From: a virus
Length of the DNA stretch: 64,000 nucleotides
Reading direction: 5' to 3' (one strand)
Virus record (IMG/VR): IMGVR_UViG_3300042934_001067
Span: 64,001-128,000 of that record
Under the pieces are notes generated by a model. The model was not told where the DNA came from. It searched no databases and was given only the letters and a program-made list of their open reading frames with translations. Shown one piece after another: positions 37,142 to 44,901 of this stretch. Both the position numbers and the translations under genes were made by a program. Numbering within the stretch: the stretch's first letter is position 1; each line of letters starts with the position of its first letter.

Positions 37142-37567
37142 ATGCGCACGCGGCCTCGGGGAGGGGTCTACAGGTCCGCCAAGGGGTGGGAGCGGCATGC
37201 GGAGTTGGTGCAGTCACGCCGCTTGTGTGTGAGCGGGAAGATCACGTTCATCGCGAGGTCCGACGCGGAGGAGTTCGTCGCCTCGGACCGGGGTGAGCAC
37301 GACGCGCAGCGGATCTACGACTGCTCTCTGTGCGGCTGGATGCACACGACGTCGGGCGGGGGCAGCCAGAGGTACTTCGACCCCCGGGCGAAGCGAGTGA
37401 ACAAGAGCCGCTTGTACGCCTCGAAGCAGCTGCCTCGCCTCGGTCAGTGCCGGGTGGTCGCACAGAGCGTGAAGCAGGGGTGGATCGAGTTCGAGGACGG
37501 CAACGGCCGGATTCGACGGTGGTCCACGGTGGGCTGGAGACGGCTGATGCGGCCGTATGAGCCCTAG
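37142..37567 (+). CDS. Phage-type Zn-binding protein
   Basis: CVSGK...RIYDCSLCGWMHTTS; SD GGAGGAG. Confidence 0.7.
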   Translation: MRTRPRGGVYRSAKGWERHAELVQSRRLCVSGKITFIARSDAEEFVASDRGEHDAQRIYDCSLCGWMHTTSGGGSQRYFDPRAKRVNKSRLYASKQLPRLGQCRVVAQSVKQGWIEFEDGNGRIRRWSTVGWRRLMRPYEP

Positions 37568-37620
37568 ATGCTTCAATGTCCTCGCGCGGGCCGGGGAGGC
37601 CTGGCAGAAGGGCGGGGACG

Positions 37621-37971
37621 ATGCGCAGGGCGGGGCTGGCCGTGGTGGCCGCCGTGGTGGTGCTGGTGTCGGGGTGCGGGGGCTCCGACGACGGCGGCGG
37701 GGAGAGCAGCTCGGTGCCGTACGGGGCGCGGACGTGTTCGGACTGGTCCGGTCGGATGGACGACACGGAGCGGTGGGACGCGGCCGAGGAGCTGCTGGTG
37801 AACGCGAAGGGCACGGACGGCGCCGAGGGGGACCGGGCGCCGTCGGCGAGCACGCTGAAGCAGTTCTCGTCCGACCTGGACACGCTGTGCGGGCGGAGGG
37901 CGGGGGACGAGATGCTGGCGCCGCTCGCGGACGAGCTGTACACGCTGAACCGGGCGTACTACAGCATCTGA
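37621..37971 (+). CDS. Lipoprotein
   Basis: MRRAGLAVVAAVVVLVSGC lipobox. Confidence 0.75.
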   Translation: MRRAGLAVVAAVVVLVSGCGGSDDGGGESSSVPYGARTCSDWSGRMDDTERWDAAEELLVNAKGTDGAEGDRAPSASTLKQFSSDLDTLCGRRAGDEMLAPLADELYTLNRAYYSI

Positions 37972-38039
37972 GACTGCAGAAGGGCCCCGGTGAGCCGTCA
38001 CGCTCGGCCGGGGCCCTGCTGTGTTGAGCCTATCGGGCG

Positions 38040-38999
38040 TCAGGGGGCGACGGGGGCCTTCTTCAGGCGGGAGATGTAGCTGGGGTCGACGCCGAGGAGG
38101 GCGGCGAGGAAGACGTTGGTGACCTTGATGTCGCGGGCGTCGGCTTCCTGCTCGACGAGGGTGACGTAGTCGCGGGCCTGGTCGGAGGGGCGGCCCTCGG
38201 CGGGGGCAGGCGGCAGGGCGGCGAGGAGGTCCATCATCTCGTCCGAGGGGACCTTGTCGCGGGTGGACTGGCGGGTGAGGACGACGTCGAAGGCGGCCTG
38301 CTTCTGGGCGTCCTGCTGCCGGGCGGCGTCCTCGGGCTCGTCGGCCGGGGTGTCGAGGAGGACGCGCTGCCAGGCGAGGGGGACGTCCTTGCCCTTGTCC
38401 TGTCGCTTGGCGGCCTCGTGGCGGATGACGGTCTCCTGGGGGACCTCCCACAGCTTGGTGCGGCGCCAGACCTTGAAGGTGCTGAGGGGGGCGAGGAGCC
38501 ACCAGGTCAGGCGGATGGCCGGGAGGGGTGCGGGGCGCAGGCCGTCGGCGATCTGCTGGTCGCGCTTGGCGGCCTTGGCGTCGCGGAGGCGGCCTCGGAG
38601 CATCATTTCGTGGCCGAGGATCCAGACGGCCGGGGGCAGGGCGTGGAAGGCGACCGCCAGGGGGTCGGGCCAGGCGGCGCGGAGCTGGAGGGCGAAGGTG
38701 GCCAGGGAGAAGACGGCGACGATGGTGCGGATGATGCGGGCGGATCGGCCTGCCTTGACCTCGCGGACGGCCTTGCGGGAGTAGAGGAGGATGGCGAGGT
38801 CGGCCAGTGCGGCGACGACGATGGCCTGGTCCTCGGGGAAGCCGACGCGCAGGGCCTGGGTGTAGAGGGTCTGGTAGCCGACGTAGAAGCCGCCGAGGGC
38901 GAGGAGGTAGATGCCACCGTCGGTGAGGGTCTTGTCCCAGTCGGTGGCGGCGATTCTGGCCTTGGTCGTGTCGGTCCAGGTACGCTTGTCAGCAGTCAT
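38040..38999 (-). CDS. DUF2637-like membrane protein with C-terminal HTH
   Basis: 4 TM segments, HALPP motif, LAALLGVDPSYISRLK. Confidence 0.7.
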   Translation of the reverse strand: MTADKRTWTDTTKARIAATDWDKTLTDGGIYLLALGGFYVGYQTLYTQALRVGFPEDQAIVVAALADLAILLYSRKAVREVKAGRSARIIRTIVAVFSLATFALQLRAAWPDPLAVAFHALPPAVWILGHEMMLRGRLRDAKAAKRDQQIADGLRPAPLPAIRLTWWLLAPLSTFKVWRRTKLWEVPQETVIRHEAAKRQDKGKDVPLAWQRVLLDTPADEPEDAARQQDAQKQAAFDVVLTRQSTRDKVPSDEMMDLLAALPPAPAEGRPSDQARDYVTLVEQEADARDIKVTNVFLAALLGVDPSYISRLKKAPVAP

Positions 39000-39102
39000 C
39001 GAATCTCGGTCTTCCTCGGCGGGATGATTGTGCGGAGATGGCGTTCAGCGTCCCTGGCTGGGATCCGGGCAAGGAGTTCCAGTCGGGGGCGCTTTTGTGT
39101 GC

Positions 39103-39561
39103 TCAGGCGCCCATGACCTCGCTGCAGGCGAGGGCGTGGAGGGCGGGGTACTGCTCCTCGCGCTGCTCCATCAGCTTGTTGATGGTCCAGGAGGTGGCGT
39201 GGAGGGAGGCGAGGATGGCCTGGAGGTTCTCGGGCGAGAGGTACTCGGGGAGTTCCTGGGGGACGACGCCGCCGATGCTGCGCTTGCGCTTGCCCCTGGC
39301 TGCGACGGTGATGCCGCGCCGGTCCTTGAGGTACATGTAGAGGCTGGAGCGGTAGGTCATCGGCCTGCCCTGGGCGTGGAGGATGTCTCCGGTGGCCTGC
39401 CTTTCGGCGAGGGCGAGTTCGCTGCCGTCCAGGGTGAGTTCCGTGATCTGCTCGCCGAGGGCCTTGAGGGCGTTGTTGATCTCAGCGAGCTGCCCCAGTG
39501 CACCCATGGCGGGAGTGTTCTCCGGGACGGGTGACTGCAGGGCGGCGGTGTTCTCGGACAT
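39103..39561 (-). CDS. Hypothetical protein (MSENTAAL...)
   Basis: CCGCCGAGGAG before ATG 39561. Confidence 0.75.
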   Translation of the reverse strand: MSENTAALQSPVPENTPAMGALGQLAEINNALKALGEQITELTLDGSELALAERQATGDILHAQGRPMTYRSSLYMYLKDRRGITVAARGKRKRSIGGVVPQELPEYLSPENLQAILASLHATSWTINKLMEQREEQYPALHALACSEVMGA

Positions 39562-39595
39562 GAGATCTCCTCGGCGGCGGTAACGGGAGACCCCC

Positions 39596-39625
39596 ACCCT
39601 AATGCACATGGGTATGCATTGCAAG
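39596..39625 (-). promoter_or_regulatory. Promoter/operator cassette copy 8
   Basis: CTTGCA-ATGCATACCCATGTGCAT-TAGGGT. Confidence 0.8.
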
Positions 39626-39676
39626 GGATCAGGTAGGGCGCGCCAGTGGCGCGCCCTGTCCTGGGTCGTGGTGCTG

Positions 39677-40441
39677 TTACTGCTGGTCGGCGGCGCGGCA
39701 GAGTGCTTCGATGTTGGCGACGGTCTGGATGGGGGTCTGGTTGCCGTTGGTCGCTTCGGCGGTCACCTTGTCCTTGAAGGCACGCAGGCGTTCGTTCTCG
39801 GTGCGCAGTTCGGCGGTGGCCTGCCTGTCCTTGTGGACGGCCGAAATGAGCTGCGCGAGGGCGAGGCTGGTTGCCGAGGGGGTGCCGTCGACTGCCATGA
39901 TCTGCGGGCGGGCGTCCGTCTCGGCGGCCGGGGCGGCGGGCTGGGCCGGGACCGGTGCGGCCGGGGTCTCCTGCTTCGGGGGCGTCTTCGGGGCGGCCGT
40001 CTTCTTGGCCGGGGTGGGCTTCTTGACTGCCCGCTTCTGGATGCTGCGGGTGTGGGTCCCCTCGACTCCGTGCGCCCTCCGGCGGTGCGAGCCCAGGCCC
40101 TGCGGGTGGGGCGTGGTGAAGGGGGGCTCCTTCTTCTCCTTGACGCAGTCCGGGCAGGTCAGAAGGTGCTCGTTGGCTTCTGCCTTCGCCGTCTCGCTCT
40201 TGCTCTCCGGGTCGTACTTCACCTGGGCGAGGAAGCCGTGCTTCGCGATGTTGGTGCGCAGCTGGGGTGCGGTGGGGTACGGGTTGCGGGGGATGCTGAA
40301 GGTCTGGTTCCTCTTGCCGCCCTTCACGCTGATCTTGATGCTGTTGGTGTTGCGGACCACCTCTAGTCCGGCGTCGGTGGCGGCCTTCATGACGTTCTCG
40401 ACGTAGGCCGGGGTCTCCCGGGTCTTGGTCTCGGTGGCCAT
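39677..40441 (-). CDS. C2H2 zinc-finger protein
   Basis: CPDC...F...GLGSHRRRAH; SD AGGAG. Confidence 0.75.
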   Translation of the reverse strand: MATETKTRETPAYVENVMKAATDAGLEVVRNTNSIKISVKGGKRNQTFSIPRNPYPTAPQLRTNIAKHGFLAQVKYDPESKSETAKAEANEHLLTCPDCVKEKKEPPFTTPHPQGLGSHRRRAHGVEGTHTRSIQKRAVKKPTPAKKTAAPKTPPKQETPAAPVPAQPAAPAAETDARPQIMAVDGTPSATSLALAQLISAVHKDRQATAELRTENERLRAFKDKVTAEATNGNQTPIQTVANIEALCRAADQQ

Positions 40442-40473
40442 CTGGTGTTCTCCTGACTGCTGGTGCGTGGCGG

Positions 40474-42417
40474 TTACAGCGTGGCGGGTGTGCTGGGGCG
40501 GCCGAAGAGTCTGGCCGGGTGGCGGGTGCCGCCGATGAAGGTGACGACTTCCTCGGCGTCCCAGTGGTGCTCGTCCAGGCGCGGCATGAAGCGGTGGTGC
40601 TGGCCGACGTAGGCGAGGGTGAGGTGCGGAGTCCAGCCGTGTTCGGAGGGCAGGCGGTAGCCGTGGCCTTCGAGGTAGGCGGCGAGGCTGGAGTGCATCT
40701 GGGCGCCGCTGGGGATGTCGGCCGCCGCCCACAGGACGTGCTCGCCCTTGAAGGCGTTGTTGAAGGTGCCGATGCCGCCGATGCGGACGTGGACGGGCTT
40801 GTGGCGGGCGGCCCAGGCGCCGACGACCTGCGGGAGCAGCTGGAGCTGCTCGCGGGTGTAGTCGGTGGTGTTGCCGAGGTAGGCGAGGGTGACGTGGAGC
40901 TGGTCGGCGGGCTGGCCGTCCTCGCGGGCCAGCTGTTCAGCGACCTCGCGCGGCGGCACGAGCGCCACCATCACGCCCTCGTCGTGGAGGACGGCTGCCG
41001 CCTGCCGCTGCAGGAACTGCTGCTCGGCCGCCGTGGCCTGGACAGCGGCGGTGTGGTGGGTCGGCTCGGTCCACCCGTCGTCCGGCCCGTGGACGGCGGG
41101 GTGCTCGATGTGGGGTCCGTTGTAGCCCCACTCGTTGATGTCGTTGCCGTCGGTGTGGACGTGCTTGGCTGGGACGGTGGCCTTCAGTACGGGCCAGTCC
41201 TTGGAGGGGTCGTCCGAGTGCATGCCGTGTTCTAGGGCGTACTGGGAGGAGGTGGAGACCCAGTCGCCGGTGCGGATGCTGGTGGTGCCGTGGGGGACGG
41301 ACCGGTAGATCGTGACCGGCGCCTCGGGATTGCCCTTGGCGCGGTGGACGGCCTTCAGCGACTCCTCGTGCGGCTCTCCGATCTCGCCCCAGTCGGGGTT
41401 GTCCAGCCCTTCCTGGTTGAACGCTCCGCCGTCGCCGTTGGGGCGGGTGGGGTCGTGCAGTGGAGCGTGTTCGGGTCCAGGCGCGCGGTGCTGCATCCGG
41501 TAGTCGTCGTCCATGGACGCAGTCTCCTGCAGGCCAGTCTCGCGGAAGTAGTCTGTCAGGCTGGAGAGTCGGTTGATGGCCTTGTCGTAGTCGTGGAGGC
41601 CGACGTAGCCGATGTGGAGGGTGCCGTCGTCCAGGTCGCGGTGGATGACGCGATGGCCGCGCGAGGCCTTGGTGGAGTTCCAGCCCTTGAGCTTCAGGGT
41701 CAAGGCGTGAGTCTGCAGCCCCTCGTCGCCACGTTGCAGGGCATTGATGGTGCTGGCCACGCGCTTGCGGCTGTCGCCGTCGAGCTTGAGCAGCTCCTTC
41801 TTCGCGGACGGGTGGAAGGAGACCTGGCGCGGGCCTACAGGCCCAGCTCCTCCTTGATCGGCTCCCACGGCAGGTGCTGCTCCTGCGGGGTCTTCGCCCG
41901 CTCCTGCAGCTCCGTCTCCAGCTCCGGGCTGACGGCGTGGCCGTCCTCGTCCTGCGGTTCGGGTGCTGTCGGCTCCATTTCGCTCCTTCCGGAAGTGCGC
42001 CGTGGCGGTGTGCGAGGGCTTCCAGCCCTCGTGGTCGTCCAGGCCCTGTTCGTCGCTCAGGTAGTCGGGCGACCACCGAACTGGCACGTGTGAGAGGCCA
42101 GCCTTGGCGGCGGCCCAGTAGCGGTGCGTGCCGTCGTTGATGTAGGGGGTCCCGTCCTGCTTCCTCCACAGGTGGATGGGGTGCTCGATGCCGCGCTGGC
42201 GGACGTCGTGCACGAGCGCGTGCAGGTGCTCGGGCTCGTAGCGGTCGTTCGCCATGTCGTCCGCGCTCCACTGCGCGACGTGCCCCATGGTGATCGGATT
42301 GCCGTGCTGGTCGCTGCCGTACTCGGAGTGCATGCGCGCTATGTCGTCCACGTGCATCATCTCGTCCGGCTGATGGGCTGCCGTACGGAAGAACGCGGTG
42401 GCGCTGTGCTCGGTCAT
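40474..42417 (-). CDS. Polyvalent protein: ParB-like + RelE/ParE-like + ART-like + 2H phosphoesterase
   Basis: DGTHRYWAA; VSFHPSAKKELLKL...HRVIH; TIYRSV...WVSTS...EWGY; HVTL and HLTL. Confidence 0.8.
   Translation of the reverse strand: MTEHSATAFFRTAAHQPDEMMHVDDIARMHSEYGSDQHGNPITMGHVAQWSADDMANDRYEPEHLHALVHDVRQRGIEHPIHLWRKQDGTPYINDGTHRYWAAAKAGLSHVPVRWSPDYLSDEQGLDDHEGWKPSHTATAHFRKERNGADSTRTAGRGRPRRQPGAGDGAAGAGEDPAGAAPAVGADQGGAGPVGPRQVSFHPSAKKELLKLDGDSRKRVASTINALQRGDEGLQTHALTLKLKGWNSTKASRGHRVIHRDLDDGTLHIGYVGLHDYDKAINRLSSLTDYFRETGLQETASMDDDYRMQHRAPGPEHAPLHDPTRPNGDGGAFNQEGLDNPDWGEIGEPHEESLKAVHRAKGNPEAPVTIYRSVPHGTTSIRTGDWVSTSSQYALEHGMHSDDPSKDWPVLKATVPAKHVHTDGNDINEWGYNGPHIEHPAVHGPDDGWTEPTHHTAAVQATAAEQQFLQRQAAAVLHDEGVMVALVPPREVAEQLAREDGQPADQLHVTLAYLGNTTDYTREQLQLLPQVVGAWAARHKPVHVRIGGIGTFNNAFKGEHVLWAAADIPSGAQMHSSLAAYLEGHGYRLPSEHGWTPHLTLAYVGQHHRFMPRLDEHHWDAEEVVTFIGGTRHPARLFGRPSTPATL
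41835..41978 (-). CDS. Overprinted 47-aa antitoxin-like ORF
   Basis: AAGGAG-ATG; MEPTAPEPQDEDGHAVSPELETELQERAKTPQEQHLPWEPIKEELGL; ends just before the RelE domain. Confidence 0.65.
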   Translation of the reverse strand: MEPTAPEPQDEDGHAVSPELETELQERAKTPQEQHLPWEPIKEELGL

Positions 42418-44639
42418 GCGGCCTTCTCCTGGTCCGTGGCGGCGGCCACGCCCGCGTGGGCGTGCTTCCAGTCAATCAGCTGCTGCAACGGCTGGTCAGG
42501 GGCCTTGTCGAGGGCTTTCCAGACTGCGTTGCTGGGGTCGTAGAGGCCCGTTCCTTCGGGGCCGAATGCGCTGTGGCGGTCAGCGTGGAGGTAATCGTAC
42601 AACGCTGCACCTTCCCTTTCGCGCACTCCGTCAGGAAGTTCCCGGACGGCCCCGATCAGTTTCTGCAGCGCCTCGAACACGTCCCAGGTGGACTCGGGGA
42701 GTTTTTCGGGGCTGAAGTCGTCTGGCACTTCAACAGGTTTCACGGCCCATTCGTCGCGGGTGATGTCGTACGCGGCGTAGGGCTTTATGTCCCGTATGTC
42801 ATAGCTAGATGGGTTTACATACCAAGTATTCTCCCAGGGGCCGGTCTCCTTGCCGTCTGGGCCGGGGAGCATGCGGGCGTCGTCGTTGAGGCCGTGGCGC
42901 AGTTCGTCGGTGAGCTTCTCGTCCACGGCAGCCGGGGGCTCGCCGACGAAGGTGTCCACATGGTGGTTGAGGGCGTCGTGGTCGATGCCGATGAGGATGT
43001 CGAGGTCGCCGTTGCCGTAGAAGTGGCTGGCCTCGCTGCCTGCGAGGTAGACGCGGGCCCAGGACTGCCAGGAGTCACCGTACTTGGGCGCCCAGAAGCT
43101 GTTGAGCAGGCTGAGCAGGTGCTGGCGGACGATCGGGTGCATGCGCTCGTTCTCGTCGAACAGGCGCGGGTCCAGGCCCTTCTCCCCCGGCGCGAAGAAG
43201 TGGTCGCGGGGCAGCCAGTCGTGCTCGTGCTGGTAGGGCTCGTGGTTGTCGGGGACGGGGGTGGTGAAGGCCGTCCGCTCGCCGATCCCCTTCAGCCACG
43301 CCTGCGCGTCGTCGGAGAGCCGGTCGGAGTGCTGGAGGTCTGGGCGCTGCTCGCGCGCTCGTCGCAGCAGCTCGGTTGCGATACCTCGGCGCTGGTGTTC
43401 GTCCCTCACGTTCATGTTGCCGATGACGCCGTCGTCGCCCCAGTTGACGTACCCGGCCATGCTGCCCTCGGGGGTGCGCATGGTGACGGCCTTGGGTTCG
43501 GTGACCGTGTGGTAGGTGTGGCCGGTTTTGGAGGTGAAGTCGCCGTCAGCCCATTCCGGCCTCCCGGCCGAGGCGGTCTTTCCGTGGCCGCCGTCGGGAA
43601 GGCGGCCGTCGCAGGTGGCATCGTCGGGGCTGTTGGCGGGGACGGTGAGGCTGCCGTCGCAGTGGTAGCACTCGAAGCCGGTGTCGTGCTCGCCGGTGCC
43701 GCCACAGCAGGGGCAGGGCTTCGTGGCTGTGGCCATGCGGGGGTGGCCGGTGAGGTGGTATTCGGTGCGGGCGCTGTCGAGGTCGGCCTTGGGGATGGTC
43801 GGCTTGTCGACGGCGGTGAGTCCGATGTGACTGGGGTGGATGTCGGCGGGGACGTGTTCGCCTGCGGCGAGGGCGGGGTGGTCTTGGGGGACCTTTACGC
43901 CGGGACCGGGCAGGCCGTAGGCGCTGCGGCTGACGCGGAGGGGGACGTGGTCCATACCGAGGGCGCGGGCGGCGCGCAGGCGGTGGTTGCCCTCGCCCAG
44001 GTAGGCCTCGCCGCTGGCGGGGTGGTAGTGGAGCATGAGGGGTTCCATCTCGCCGCTGGCGGCAAGGTGGTGGCCGACTGCCTTGGCGTGCTCGGGGTCG
44101 GTTTCCTGGCTGGCATAGCGCTCGACTTCGTGGCGGGGGACCATTTCGACGTTGGTCCAGTTGCCGACGCGGGCGCGGATGTGGTGGCCGTGGGGGTTGA
44201 GGAGGCGGGAGGGGACGTCGTCGCCGTCCTGGACGGCCGCCGTGGCGGTGGCTGTGGCCATGGTGCGCCCCCGAGTGACCTTCTTGCCGTCGGTGTAGCC
44301 CGCCCACCACGCCTTGCCTGCGTCGGTGCGGTCGCCGTGGTCGATGGGGGTGGCGGGGTGGCGGCGCTGCATCTCGTCCATGAGGGCGGAGCCGACGCCC
44401 TTGCGCTGGTGGGCCTCTTCGGTGCCGAGGTGCTCGATGAGGATCTTGTCGGCTTTGCGGCGGGGGACGTGGTAGGTGAGGGTGCCCATGCGGTCGCCGG
44501 AGCTGGGCTCGACGGCGTGCAGGTGGATCTTGGTGGGGCGTTTGGTGCCACCGGTGTCGACCTCTTCGTGTTCGAAGTCGATCCCCTGGGGGTCGGCCGC
44601 CGCCTGGCGGAAGAAGCTGGTCGCGCTGATGTCCGTCAC
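42414..44639 (-). CDS. Polyvalent protein: GNAT + ParB-like + Zn finger + GNAT + Pol-beta nucleotidyltransferase
   Basis: HQRKGVGSAL; EGNHRLRAA; CPCCGGTG; HQRRGIATELL; LAGSEAS...GDLDILI. Confidence 0.8.
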   Translation of the reverse strand: MTDISATSFFRQAAADPQGIDFEHEEVDTGGTKRPTKIHLHAVEPSSGDRMGTLTYHVPRRKADKILIEHLGTEEAHQRKGVGSALMDEMQRRHPATPIDHGDRTDAGKAWWAGYTDGKKVTRGRTMATATATAAVQDGDDVPSRLLNPHGHHIRARVGNWTNVEMVPRHEVERYASQETDPEHAKAVGHHLAASGEMEPLMLHYHPASGEAYLGEGNHRLRAARALGMDHVPLRVSRSAYGLPGPGVKVPQDHPALAAGEHVPADIHPSHIGLTAVDKPTIPKADLDSARTEYHLTGHPRMATATKPCPCCGGTGEHDTGFECYHCDGSLTVPANSPDDATCDGRLPDGGHGKTASAGRPEWADGDFTSKTGHTYHTVTEPKAVTMRTPEGSMAGYVNWGDDGVIGNMNVRDEHQRRGIATELLRRAREQRPDLQHSDRLSDDAQAWLKGIGERTAFTTPVPDNHEPYQHEHDWLPRDHFFAPGEKGLDPRLFDENERMHPIVRQHLLSLLNSFWAPKYGDSWQSWARVYLAGSEASHFYGNGDLDILIGIDHDALNHHVDTFVGEPPAAVDEKLTDELRHGLNDDARMLPGPDGKETGPWENTWYVNPSSYDIRDIKPYAAYDITRDEWAVKPVEVPDDFSPEKLPESTWDVFEALQKLIGAVRELPDGVREREGAALYDYLHADRHSAFGPEGTGLYDPSNAVWKALDKAPDQPLQQLIDWKHAHAGVAAATDQEKAA

Positions 44640-44901
44640 CTGGCACCTCCAGTCCTTGGTGCTGAAGGTGGGGGTGCAGACACAGATGAGCGGACCTCCC
44701 GGTGGTACCTGGCCGGGAGGCCCGCTGGGTCATCGTGGGACGTTTTAAGTGGGGTGATCCCGCCAAGAACGACCCTCACGCCTGAGCCGACCTTGCGGTC
44801 TGTCGCTGCAGGTACGCCGCTGGCTGCATGCAGCAGCCCTATCCACGAGACAGGGCCATCGTGCCACGCGTTTTTGGGTTCGGCAAGAACGCCTTTCCTG
44901 G

